Source: Tequatrovirus NIC06P2 | Sequence record: OZ035760.1 | Strand: one strand, 5' to 3' | DNA: 64,000 nt | In this document: positions 32,028-43,503 of the stretch, in pieces | Position numbering within the stretch: position 1 is the stretch's first letter | Layout: each line of letters opens with the position of its first letter | Made by a program: the position numbers and the translations under genes | Notes under the pieces: model-generated | Seen by the model: only the letters and a program-made list of their open reading frames with translations | The model's database searches: none | What the model was told of the DNA's origin: nothing

Positions 32028-32314
32028 TAGAACCTCATTTGAAAACCGTGCGATTTAACATTACCGCCGCCAATATCAGAAATGTTAATTTCACGCGCAA
32101 TTGAAGGGTCAATGTCAATTTCGCGATTGAGTTTAGTGATAGCTAAAGTATCACGCCCATTTACTGTACGGAATTCTAAAGGACAAACCACATCAACGTA
32201 GTTTTTAATCGATTCGCTAGTAGGTTGCAAATGTGCAGGAAGGTCTTTAGGTGCCTTTGAGAAAACAACTTCACAGAAATTTTTGCGGGTATCAAAATAA
32301 GTAGTCATAAACAT
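32027..32314 (-). CDS. Hypothetical protein; start moved to the internal ATG with RBS GAGGA
   Basis: ORF track 32027-32365; the upstream part contains an intergenic GC hairpin, and the internal ATG has a good SD. Confidence 0.5.
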   Translation of the reverse strand: MFMTTYFDTRKNFCEVVFSKAPKDLPAHLQPTSESIKNYVDVVCPLEFRTVNGRDTLAITKLNREIDIDPSIAREINISDIGGGNVKSHGFQMRF

Positions 32315-32331
32315 AGTATTTTCCTCAGTAA

Positions 32332-32345
32332 GGGGCCGAAGCCCC
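32332..32345 (-). other. Intergenic mRNA hairpin GGGGC-UUCG-GCCCC
   Basis: Between two minus-strand ORFs; no U-run on the sense strand. Confidence 0.45.
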
Positions 32346-32354
32346 TGTTTTATT

Positions 32355-32720
32355 TTAAATATCAAATTCGTTAAGAACTACATCAAAGATTGCTTCAAGA
32401 TGCTCAGGTTTAGCTCTGTTACTCAAAATATGACGAATCCAAGTTTTAACCAGAAGCTTACGATTAGCGCCATTCCAGCAAGGATGGGTCCCTAAATCGC
32501 GTTGACGAAAATCATCATCCAGAGCGATTTTAAAGTTGGAACCTTCCATTGTGATTGAAACCGTGATGCCATTTTCAAATCGCATATAAACGTAATTAGG
32601 AGTCATATACTGTTCAATTTCGCATACTGATCCATTTTGATGTTTCCAAAGGCAAATAGTATCAATAGAACCTGCAATACCATTAGAAACATATTTACGT
32701 TCAAAGTTGATGTAGTTCAT
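32355..32720 (-). CDS. Hypothetical protein
   Basis: 121-aa ORF with early promoter upstream. Confidence 0.55.
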   Translation of the reverse strand: MNYINFERKYVSNGIAGSIDTICLWKHQNGSVCEIEQYMTPNYVYMRFENGITVSITMEGSNFKIALDDDFRQRDLGTHPCWNGANRKLLVKTWIRHILSNRAKPEHLEAIFDVVLNEFDI

Positions 32721-32746
32721 TTTTATTCTCCGAGATGTTTAATTGC

Positions 32747-32786
32747 GGTACAGGTATATAATATCATATCCTGTACCAAAGTAAAC
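32747..32786 (-). promoter_or_regulatory. Early promoter (GTTTAC, 17 bp, TATTAT) with -10 flanked by inverted repeat
   Basis: Minus strand GTTTAC-tttggtacaggatatga-TATTAT; arms ggtacagg/cctgtacc. Confidence 0.5.
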
Positions 32787-32788
32787 AA

Positions 32789-33121
32789 TTATTTTACTAC
32801 TTTCCAGTGCTTCATGTCAAGTTTACCAACTTTTTTCATCTTCTCAATCAAACGTTCGGCACGTTGGCGAGCTGTAACATAATACCATTCGCCTAATTCA
32901 TTTTGTTCAATTTTTCCAACGATTACTGTATTCAATTCATAAATCCAACCAGTAAAGAAATTATGAACTTGGATTGTAAAGGTGAAATCTGTTCCCATAC
33001 CTTCTGTTGTTTCTACTTCAATAATATCACCTTCAACTGCCATTAAGAACCACATAGTTTCATCATATTTACCATTGAAGCATTTAGTTTTAACTGCAGC
33101 GTTCAGATTAATCGTTTTCAT
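32789..33121 (-). CDS. Hypothetical protein
   Basis: 110-aa ORF with early promoter upstream. Confidence 0.55.
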   Translation of the reverse strand: MKTINLNAAVKTKCFNGKYDETMWFLMAVEGDIIEVETTEGMGTDFTFTIQVHNFFTGWIYELNTVIVGKIEQNELGEWYYVTARQRAERLIEKMKKVGKLDMKHWKVVK

Positions 33122-33142
33122 TTTATTCTCCTTTGTTTGTGT

Positions 33143-33178
33143 AAGATAATACTATCACAAAGGAACCATACTGTAAAC
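33143..33178 (-). promoter_or_regulatory. Early promoter-like element (GTTTAC ... TGTGATAGTAT)
   Basis: Minus strand upstream of ORF 32789-33121. Confidence 0.4.
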
Positions 33179-33194
33179 AACTTTGTGCAATCTT

Positions 33195-33226
33195 TGGAAA
33201 ATAAAAAAGGACTCCCGAAGGAGTCC
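33195..33226 (-). terminator. Intrinsic terminator after the basic-protein ORF
   Basis: Minus strand GGACUCC-UUCG-GGAGUCC followed by UUUUUU. Confidence 0.65.
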
Positions 33227-33231
33227 TCAAC

Positions 33232-33450
33232 TTATGCTTTCTGCTTACCAAAACGAGAAGCATCATCTCGAAGAACCGCACGTGCTCGGCGCATGATCTT
33301 CTCAACAGTTTGATTGATACGAGAGTTCGACCCACGCTTGTAACCAGCGCGTTTAGAATCACCAACTTTCTTTTCAACTGCTTTCTTTGCTTTAGCTTGT
33401 TTTGCCATTATAAATTCTCTTTTAAATGAAAATGCAGGACTTATTGGCAT
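33232..33450 (-). CDS. Small highly basic protein (possible start at internal ATG 33408)
   Basis: 72-aa ORF, Lys/Arg-rich, followed on the minus strand by a UUCG hairpin and U-run. Confidence 0.45.
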   Translation of the reverse strand: MPISPAFSFKREFIMAKQAKAKKAVEKKVGDSKRAGYKRGSNSRINQTVEKIMRRARAVLRDDASRFGKQKA

Positions 33451-33628
33451 TGCCTGCGCAAGCCCTCAAGGGGAACATAGGTTTTGAATATTTACCGACA
33501 GGATAACCATAAACCTCGTCATCATACCACCAAGACTTACACAGATAACACTTTTCTGACGCATGATAGTAACATTCAAGAGGTACACCATAAAACTGCC
33601 GGGGTCTTAAAACTATAATGATTCGCAA
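33422..33628 (-). CDS. Possible small Cys-rich protein
   Basis: 68-aa ORF overlapping a neighbour; weak support. Confidence 0.3.
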   Translation of the reverse strand: MRIIIVLRPRQFYGVPLECYYHASEKCYLCKSWWYDDEVYGYPVGKYSKPMFPLRACAGNANKSCIFI

Positions 33629-33696
33629 ATCATTAATCAGACAGTTCGATGGCTCCTCGATTTTAGCTCACACTAAGGCAGTGAATCTCCAATAAA

Positions 33697-33945
33697 TTAC
33701 TTCAGTGTTACCACAAAGTGACGAACTGCTTTTCGTGCAGCAGAAGCCAAAGGCTTAGCATATTTAAGTTCATCTTTTTCCTGAAGCTCAGCAGCTAATG
33801 CAGTTTGAGCAGGATTCAGATGTTTGAAATAACGCAGGATTTCAAGAGCTTCGGCTTCAACATCAATAGATGCGCCATAGTTTTCGTGACCATTATTCCA
33901 TGCGTTTCGTTGCAGTTCAAGAGCGTGTTGTAATTGTTTAATCAT
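33697..33945 (-). CDS. rIII: rIII lysis-inhibition accessory protein
   Basis: 82 aa, recognised as T4 rIII. Confidence 0.9.
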   Translation of the reverse strand: MIKQLQHALELQRNAWNNGHENYGASIDVEAEALEILRYFKHLNPAQTALAAELQEKDELKYAKPLASAARKAVRHFVVTLK

Positions 33946-34092
33946 TTAAAAATTCTCGTTAGAGATTAAAACTCGGTAGTCACGTTCTTCTGAATTTCAT
34001 CTTCTTTCGACAGATCTCTCAGTTGTAGACTACCACGTAGAATTGTTCGGTTAACTTATTATTCCGACACCCAATTCATATTATTATTTATA

Positions 34093-34428
34093 TCACTTAT
34101 AAAGACACGGAATAGCTTTATAGTGACAGGTAACAAATTTTTGTTTAATTTCTTTTGGCTGCTTAAGACCCAGAGCTACAAAAGGATGTGGAACATTTCG
34201 AATTTGACCAACTGGAAGAGAAGTCAAATCACCAACTTCGCAGAAACCTTCAGGAACATCAGGACCGACAGAGTGAACTACACACAGTTCAGGAACTTCA
34301 CCTTGGACACGTTTACCAATAATAAGTCCTGATTCTGTGACTTCTTCATCACCAGCTTGTGCAGGTTCAGAAACTAAAATAACATATTCACCGACAGCAC
34401 GAATTGGTAGCTGTTGTACTTCAGACAT
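34093..34428 (-). CDS. 31: gp31 co-chaperonin (GroES analogue)
   Basis: 111 aa, recognised as T4 gp31. Confidence 0.95.
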
Positions 34429-34458
34429 TGTTTTTCCTTTTTGTTAACAGATGAATTA

Positions 34459-34485
34459 ATAATAACAAATAATTCTTAAAGCATT
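34459..34485 (-). promoter_or_regulatory. Middle (MotA-dependent) promoter upstream of gene 31
   Basis: Minus strand MotA box aaTGCTTtA, 12-bp spacer, -10 TATTAT. Confidence 0.45.
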
Positions 34486-34793
34486 TATTTACCAATAAAT
34501 TGGAGTAAATGCTCAACTTTCATACCATTAACAGAAATCAATTTGTCAATAGAAAAACCTCGCCATGCACCAAGTTCAACATCAAATACTGGAATCATGT
34601 CAGTAGATTCTTTCCGAGTAGATTCAGTTAATTTACCAGTTTGCATGGTTGGCATAAAGTCTGCGTCACGAGTACCTTTCATAGTACGAATAGTACCATC
34701 AGACTTTTCAAAAACTACGTTTGAAACACCCATGGACAATTTAGTTTTCAAAATTTCACGAATTGCTACTTTCTGCTCAGTTGTCAGTTTCAT
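34485..34793 (-). CDS. 31.1: Hypothetical protein (31.1-like)
   Basis: 102-aa ORF, synteny. Confidence 0.6.
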   Translation of the reverse strand: MKLTTEQKVAIREILKTKLSMGVSNVVFEKSDGTIRTMKGTRDADFMPTMQTGKLTESTRKESTDMIPVFDVELGAWRGFSIDKLISVNGMKVEHLLQFIGK

Positions 34794-35033
34794 TTATTTA
34801 CCTATCACAGTTTTAATATGAGTTGTTCCACGTTCTTTAAGGGTGGAAAGTAATTTTTGGCATTTTTCTAAATCAGATTTCCAACTATATGGTCTATCAA
34901 TACTAGTCCAATCAGTTTTATAATACTGTTTCCATTTAGAGAAAAAATATTTCTTATACTCTACAGCAAATGAGATGTTCTCATTAGAATAAGAACTAAT
35001 TGCTGTGAGCTTTACCAAACGAAATTTCATCAT
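34794..35033 (-). CDS. 31.2: Hypothetical protein (31.2-like)
   Basis: 79-aa ORF, synteny. Confidence 0.55.
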   Translation of the reverse strand: MMKFRLVKLTAISSYSNENISFAVEYKKYFFSKWKQYYKTDWTSIDRPYSWKSDLEKCQKLLSTLKERGTTHIKTVIGK

Positions 35034-35611
35034 TCACCACAGAATTCGTTGATATTTTCCCAGTTTAACTTATTCAAGTTTTTCTTAGGAACATTAAACA
35101 CTTCAATACCTGCATTTCGCAAAATATCATCCCAACCAGGTTTATTTTTGTCGTATGTTTCGCAATAAACTAGTTTTTTAATTCCAGATTGAGCTATCGC
35201 TTTTGCGCAATCCGGACATGGAGAAAGTGTTACATACATAGTAGCACCTTCAATAGAAGAACCATTTCGTGCAGCAAACAAAATTGCATTTAGTTCAGCA
35301 TGAATTTCATTTTTAGATGACCATTCCGAGTGAGCACTACGATGTTCTTTTGCCAAGACAAAACGATCAGTTGAACCAAATGATACGCATTCAGGCTTAT
35401 GGCCTTGAATGATAGTATGTTTAGGCTTATTCAACAACCATCCTTGCTCAGCAGCATAATCACAACAGTTCACACCCCCTGCGGGTGAACCATTATACCC
35501 AGTAGAAATAATACGTCCATTCTTTTCAATTACTGCTCCTACCTTCCAGGAGCAACATTTTGATTCTTGTGATACTAAATATGCAATTTGAAGTACTGTA
35601 CTCGCTTTCAT
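35030..35611 (-). CDS. cd: dCMP deaminase
   Basis: 193 aa, zinc-binding motifs HAE and PCPDC, recognised as T4 Cd. Confidence 0.95.
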   Translation of the reverse strand: MKASTVLQIAYLVSQESKCCSWKVGAVIEKNGRIISTGYNGSPAGGVNCCDYAAEQGWLLNKPKHTIIQGHKPECVSFGSTDRFVLAKEHRSAHSEWSSKNEIHAELNAILFAARNGSSIEGATMYVTLSPCPDCAKAIAQSGIKKLVYCETYDKNKPGWDDILRNAGIEVFNVPKKNLNKLNWENINEFCGE

Positions 35612-35946
35612 TTCATAATCACCAGATAAGCAGATTTAGCAGTTTCAACACGATAAATTTCGTGACGAAGTTTAGTTATACTTTTAATAATAGAACTAAT
35701 TATATTCTGCCCATCTTTAAAGCGGTTTTTCTTGTCAATAAAAATTGCGCCAATCATCTTTTTGTGAAGCTCAACTGGATACTTCGTCACAATAATAGCA
35801 TCATATACAGAAGGATGAATACTATTCACCAGAGTATCATTCATTAAAGTTATTCTAATGAACTGCGCTGTTTCAGAATCAAGCGCTCTATGATCGCCAG
35901 TATCATTTTCAAGACAATTATCAATTATATCAGTTAAATTCATCAT
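35608..35946 (-). CDS. Hypothetical protein (cd.1-like)
   Basis: 112-aa coupled ORF. Confidence 0.55.
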   Translation of the reverse strand: MMNLTDIIDNCLENDTGDHRALDSETAQFIRITLMNDTLVNSIHPSVYDAIIVTKYPVELHKKMIGAIFIDKKNRFKDGQNIISSIIKSITKLRHEIYRVETAKSAYLVIMK

Positions 35947-36179
35947 AGTACGCCATACACCCTTTGTGCTTCAACTAATCCATCAAAATCCAATTTGAGA
36001 TGTGTTATTTGGTCACCATCACCTGGATTCACAATTACTAATACTGAACGAGGAGTTTCGGTAATAACGCGAACCGATGTTTCTGGAAATCGTTCAGAAA
36101 CCTTATTTACCAATTCCTGAGCAAATAGTTTAACTTTTTCTTGGAATTCTTTAACAGTAATTGGTTTTTCACTTAGCAT
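35943..36179 (-). CDS. Hypothetical protein (cd.2-like)
   Basis: 78-aa ORF with early promoter upstream. Confidence 0.55.
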   Translation of the reverse strand: MLSEKPITVKEFQEKVKLFAQELVNKVSERFPETSVRVITETPRSVLVIVNPGDGDQITHLKLDFDGLVEAQRVYGVL

Positions 36180-36200
36180 TTTGTTTTCCTCATTTGTTTT

Positions 36201-36239
36201 GGTAGAGCTATAATATCACAACTCTACCATAAAGTAAAC
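36201..36239 (-). promoter_or_regulatory. Early promoter (GTTTAC, 18 bp, TATTAT) with inverted repeat around -10
   Basis: Minus strand GTTTAC-tttatggtagagttgtga-TATTAT; arms ggtagag/ctctacc. Confidence 0.5.
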
Positions 36240-36241
36240 TA

Positions 36242-36517
36242 TTAAATTGCTTTGAATTCTGATGTCTGCGATTCAAAACGAATATCACCTTTGATGACTA
36301 ACTCAGCGTCAAGACCGAATACGACAATGATATGCGCGGAACCTGGATACAGCGTAATGGCAATAGAATCCACCTGGTCTGGAAGCAAAGTGTTCAATAC
36401 ATGAGTCACTTGAGCATGAATTCGAAGCTCGGCTGCGTTATCAAGCTTTTCAAACATATTATTAGCGATAATTTGGCTAAAAACTACTTCTACGATTTTA
36501 GAATAAGTCGGAAACAT
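36242..36517 (-). CDS. Hypothetical protein (cd.3-like)
   Basis: 91-aa ORF. Confidence 0.55.
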   Translation of the reverse strand: MFPTYSKIVEVVFSQIIANNMFEKLDNAAELRIHAQVTHVLNTLLPDQVDSIAITLYPGSAHIIVVFGLDAELVIKGDIRFESQTSEFKAI

Positions 36518-36519
36518 AT

Positions 36520-36712
36520 TTACCTCACATAATTTTCTTCAAGCCAATCAATAACATCCAACGCATTATCAAAAGTTGAACCATCTACTTTTTCTTCTGT
36601 TTCATAATCAAGAACATCTAAGCCTAATCTTCCGTTAACAATAGGCCATAAACAAAATAGATATTTCTTTTCTTTTTCAATTTTATCACAAAGACGATAA
36701 ATCTTTTCTAGG

Positions 36713-36720
<8 letters not shown>
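36520..36720 (-). CDS. Hypothetical protein (cd.4-like)
   Basis: 66-aa ORF. Confidence 0.5.
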
Positions 36721-38135
<1,415 letters not shown>

Positions 38136-38369
38136 TTATTTTTTCTCAACCAATGATTGAATATAATCATGCAGGTCTTTAGATGCTTTACCCCACTTAT
38201 TTTGATATTCATTTTTGAGATTAGCGCGTGATTGAGCTAATAAAACATCATTAGTTGGAGGTAAAGATTCTAATCGCTGAATCTGGCGTCCATAAATCAT
38301 TGCAGCCATCTCGGATTCATAAATCAATCCTTTAAGATGTTCAAATTGATGCCATGAAATCATTTGCAT
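38136..38369 (-). CDS. Hypothetical protein
   Basis: 77-aa ORF. Confidence 0.5.
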   Translation of the reverse strand: MQMISWHQFEHLKGLIYESEMAAMIYGRQIQRLESLPPTNDVLLAQSRANLKNEYQNKWGKASKDLHDYIQSLVEKK

Positions 38370-38659
38370 TTATCCTCTTTTAACTCTTGACGATAATAAC
38401 ATATCATAGTTTTCTGGTCATGTACATATCGTTTTACATCATTAAGCCAAATACGAAATTCCTGGGAATCTTCAAATGGCATACCGACCCAAGCTTTACC
38501 ATCGATAACTTTAACTTGCCAAGATAGTTTAGCTTCATCATATGACTTTATTTGTACAGGCCAATTAGGATGAACTGTTTCTTTCTTTACTTCTAGAGGC
38601 TTTGTCGAACAACCAACTAGAAGACCAATAGATAATATTACTGCTGATAGTTTAATCAT
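38360..38659 (-). CDS. Outer-membrane lipoprotein, probable o-spanin
   Basis: 99 aa, signal peptide with lipobox LLVGC; adjacent to and overlapping the i-spanin-like gene. Confidence 0.6.
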   Translation of the reverse strand: MIKLSAVILSIGLLVGCSTKPLEVKKETVHPNWPVQIKSYDEAKLSWQVKVIDGKAWVGMPFEDSQEFRIWLNDVKRYVHDQKTMICYYRQELKEDKCK

Positions 38660-39009
38660 TTAGAAAGGTCCTGGATGTCTTCTGCGAACTTGTTGAAGGA
38701 GTTGTTGATTTGTTTTTCAACCAATCCTGGCTTATGAGCCACCACATCCGCCTTCTTTGCGTCTTTGCGCAGTTTTTCATTTTCACGCTCAATAGCAGCA
38801 ATTGCCTCACGATTTTTATTATTCATCGCATCAATATAATTATACTGAATTCGCAAATTATTTAATGCTAAGGCGTTTTCATTGGCCGTTTTTGTAATTT
38901 CAGTAACTGATGTTTCTAATCTTTCTACCTTATTTTTTAAAATAATAGATGTTCCGCCAAATGCTATTACAAGTAATAGCAATCCAGCTGTAAAATTACT
39001 TACATGCAT
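38656..39009 (-). CDS. N-terminal TM plus coiled-coil protein, probable i-spanin
   Basis: 117 aa, one N-terminal TM helix then coiled-coil periplasmic domain; Rz-like architecture. Confidence 0.6.
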   Translation of the reverse strand: MHVSNFTAGLLLLVIAFGGTSIILKNKVERLETSVTEITKTANENALALNNLRIQYNYIDAMNNKNREAIAAIERENEKLRKDAKKADVVAHKPGLVEKQINNSFNKFAEDIQDLSK

Positions 39010-39506
39010 AAAGTTTTAATAACCTCTATAATATCGTCTTGAGAAAGACCGTTAATTAAAATATGATGTTCAGCTGGAGATTTAGAAATTTTAAAGCATG
39101 CCTCAACATCTTCTGCCATATCCGATGCACTACGATTTGGATTACTAATACCAAGGCGGTGTTTTCCCGTCAAAGGATTAACGATGATATAGCATTTGCA
39201 GCTATTGATATGAACATTGGGTTGAGTCTGATTAATGAACACTTCACAATCATACTTAGCGAGTTGATTTTCTAAAAAGACTTTCATCTCTTCAACCGCA
39301 TCAGGAAGCATATCACGGGCTTGCTCAAGACGACGATTTCGATATTCTTTAATGGTCGTTTTCCGCTTGACTTGCTTAGCTAAATCTTTCTTAAGATCAG
39401 TGATATATCCAACTCGACGATTTCCTTTGAATACAGAAATCCCATCTGTAGTATCACCGTATGCTTCAACGACCATTTCAGTAGTAATAAGCTGCAAATC
39501 CATCAT
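39000..39506 (-). CDS. alc: Alc, host transcription terminator (unfolds host DNA transcription)
   Basis: 168 aa, position between pseT region and rnlA, length matches T4 Alc; early promoter upstream. Confidence 0.8.
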   Translation of the reverse strand: MMDLQLITTEMVVEAYGDTTDGISVFKGNRRVGYITDLKKDLAKQVKRKTTIKEYRNRRLEQARDMLPDAVEEMKVFLENQLAKYDCEVFINQTQPNVHINSCKCYIIVNPLTGKHRLGISNPNRSASDMAEDVEACFKISKSPAEHHILINGLSQDDIIEVIKTLCM

Positions 39507-39510
39507 AAAG

Positions 39511-39564
39511 TCCTCATGTTATGTCAGTAAGACTACTATAACACAACACGAGGGACTTGTAAAC
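39511..39564 (-). promoter_or_regulatory. Early promoter plus leader upstream of alc; copy B of the 54-bp repeat
   Basis: Identical to copy A except 2 mismatches. Confidence 0.55.
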
Positions 39565-39567
39565 AGC

Positions 39568-41155
<1,588 letters not shown>

Positions 41156-41182
41156 AATAAAATGGGCCTTGCGGCCCACTCC

Positions 41183-41685
41183 TTAAAAATATTTTTTAAA
41201 ACTCATCATAACTTTATCATCAACATCATTATCAATCTGTGCAACAAGGTAAGATGACAGTTCTACTTCTTGTGGCGCGGATTGAACATTATCAGAATTA
41301 AGATATTCACGAATCCAAGGATATGGATGTTTAACCGGAGCATCGGTAATTGGGCATGGAAGACCACACTGTTTCATACGAGATACAGTTAAGTAATCAA
41401 TAAAGCTCCACATGCTATTTGTATTTAATCCAGGAACATCGCCATCTTTAAATAAATGAACTGCCCAATCTTTTTCTTGGCGGTTAACTTCCATGAAAAT
41501 ATCAACTGCTTCTTGTTCACACTCTTGAGCAATTTTAACCCATTCATCGCCATCAGTGCCAAGTTGAAGTTGACGAATAATATATTGAGTGCCTTTAAGG
41601 TGAAGCTGCTCATCACGTGCAATGAACTTCATAATCTTGGCATTACCTTCCATGATTTCCATATTCTTGTGGAAGTTAAAGGTAC
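41183..41685 (-). CDS. nrdB: Ribonucleotide reductase small subunit NrdB, exon 2
   Basis: Continues ...C-TFNFHKNMEIMEGNAKIMKF, matching the R2 protein after the SFA junction; 3' splice site after G. Confidence 0.88.
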
Positions 41686-42776
41686 CGTTATGTTCGATTG
41701 AGCTCGCTAATTCTCAACCCGTTCTCTTATGAACTGCTACATATTACTATGCAGACCAGACTATATCACAATCCCAGAGGGATTCTCCCCATTTCGAGTC
41801 GCTTGACCCTACGTCCGAAGACTAGTCGTTGAACCTTGCTTTGCAATTGTCGCCGTGCCATCGTTTATATGTTGATGGTGATAAATCTTTCTTATCACAA
41901 TATGGACAATTCAATTGAATTCTATTTGGATTTAATTTACATCTGTCATTATGTTTTAGATAAAATCCAGGACCTTTACCAATGTGACCGCAGAAATCAC
42001 ATGTGATTTCTTTTTGTGCAGGATGGGTCCCGTTCTTAACCATTTCTAATGTTTTTGCTGATGTTCTTTTCTTATGGTCTTCTGACAAGAAATGATGTGA
42101 ACCGTCATTTACCCGTTTTGATTGAGTTTCTGACTGCATTTTACCACCGCAAAATACATGAGTACCTTCTTTTATAGCTGCAATATTGCGTTCTTTAACT
42201 TTTGCAATATGCTCAGCTTGTTGAAAATTATGTATACCTAATGCAACTCTATTTAAATTAGATTTACGCTGTATTTCACCGTCTAAAAGATGAAATGTAC
42301 CATTTTCTATCTTAGATTTAATAGAGGCAATATTTTTAGCTCGTACTTCAGGGATATTAAAAATCTGGATTTCTCTAGATTTTGCGGCTTTAGAAGCTAA
42401 TTCAGAAATTTCTTCAGGAGAATATTTCATTCTAAGCTTTATAGCATGACAAGCCTGGTAATCTTTTTGAGCTAAATGTATATCATAATGTTCCTGTATA
42501 GAAAGGCACATCAAATTATCTAAATCATTATTTTCACGGTTACCGTCTTTATGATGGATTTCGTATGTTCTTCCATCAGAATCTTTAGGTATAGGTCCGT
42601 TAGCATCTATCCAAATTTTTCTATAGTTCAATTGTGCATCCTCTTAAAAGTATAATCATATTTATATTATACTAATTAAAGGTGCAAGCAAAACCTTGGC
42701 TGCTAGTTTTCCTATAAAGGACTTTCCAGCAATTAAAGGAGTTTTCGATAAACGTTACCGTTTAAAGGCGCATTTT
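41686..42776 (-). mobile_element. Group I self-splicing intron in nrdB (about 1091 nt) carrying I-TevIII
   Basis: Exon 1 frame stops immediately after ...YVSFA; conserved group I elements R (TTCAACGACTAGTC) and S (GATATAGTC) on minus strand near 41759-41833; boundaries inferred to within 1-2 nt. Confidence 0.85.
41822..42631 (-). CDS. I-TevIII: I-TevIII HNH homing endonuclease, full length
   Basis: 269 aa, HNH motif EIHHKDGNRENNDLDNLMCLS...EHYDIH plus C-terminal Cys/His zinc-finger region. Confidence 0.92.
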   Translation of the reverse strand: MNYRKIWIDANGPIPKDSDGRTYEIHHKDGNRENNDLDNLMCLSIQEHYDIHLAQKDYQACHAIKLRMKYSPEEISELASKAAKSREIQIFNIPEVRAKNIASIKSKIENGTFHLLDGEIQRKSNLNRVALGIHNFQQAEHIAKVKERNIAAIKEGTHVFCGGKMQSETQSKRVNDGSHHFLSEDHKKRTSAKTLEMVKNGTHPAQKEITCDFCGHIGKGPGFYLKHNDRCKLNPNRIQLNCPYCDKKDLSPSTYKRWHGDNCKARFND

Positions 42777-43452
42777 ACGCAAAAGATACATAAAAACGAA
42801 TAGCTTCTAAGGCATTAATAACGTGTAAACAGAGGTAAAGAGACTTCATTAAAGCACGTTTAGCTTCGGCTTCTTGTTTAATAGCTCGGTTTAAACGAAA
42901 GTCGGCATCAGGAGATTCTTTAGCTAGTTCTACAAATTCTTTAGCATTTTCCCATTCACGGGTTTTAACCAAGACATCATCATAATAGCGACCGATAGAT
43001 TCAGCACGTTTCATGATAGCTTCATCTAATACAATCTCATCAAATACCTTCGATGGATCAGTATAAAGATTTCGCATGATATGAGTATATGAACGACTGT
43101 GAATAGTTTCACTAAAAGTCCACGTAGCAACCCATGTATCAAGACTTGGGTCTGAAATTAATGACATAAGTACAGCAGACGGTGCACGACCCTGAATGCT
43201 ATCTAGAAGTGATTGATACTTCAGGTTATTAGTAAAAATATCCTGCTGATATTGAGGAAGCTTATTAAATTGTGCAGCATCCATCATCAAGTTTACTTCT
43301 TCAGGACGCCAGAAAAATGATAAGGACTTCTCTGTAAGTTCTTCAAATACTCGATGCCGTTGAATATCATAACGCGCAATACCAAGACCTGAACCAAAAA
43401 ACATAGGTTCTTTTAAAACATCAACTGGATTTGTATTAAAAACTGTGCTCAT
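42777..43452 (-). CDS. nrdB: Ribonucleotide reductase small subunit NrdB, exon 1
   Basis: 225 codons recognised as T4 NrdB N-terminus (MSTVFNTNPVDVL...). Confidence 0.9.
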
Positions 43453-43503
43453 AAATTTTCCACTTAGTTAATAGTTGGTGACTCGTCCGTGAGTCAAATT
43501 ATA

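Noticed and set aside
32315-32365. N-terminal 17 codons of ORF 32027-32365
   Set aside because: This stretch contains the intergenic GGGGC-UUCG-GCCCC hairpin and has no RBS; the internal ATG at 32314 has a GAGGA Shine-Dalgarno sequence.
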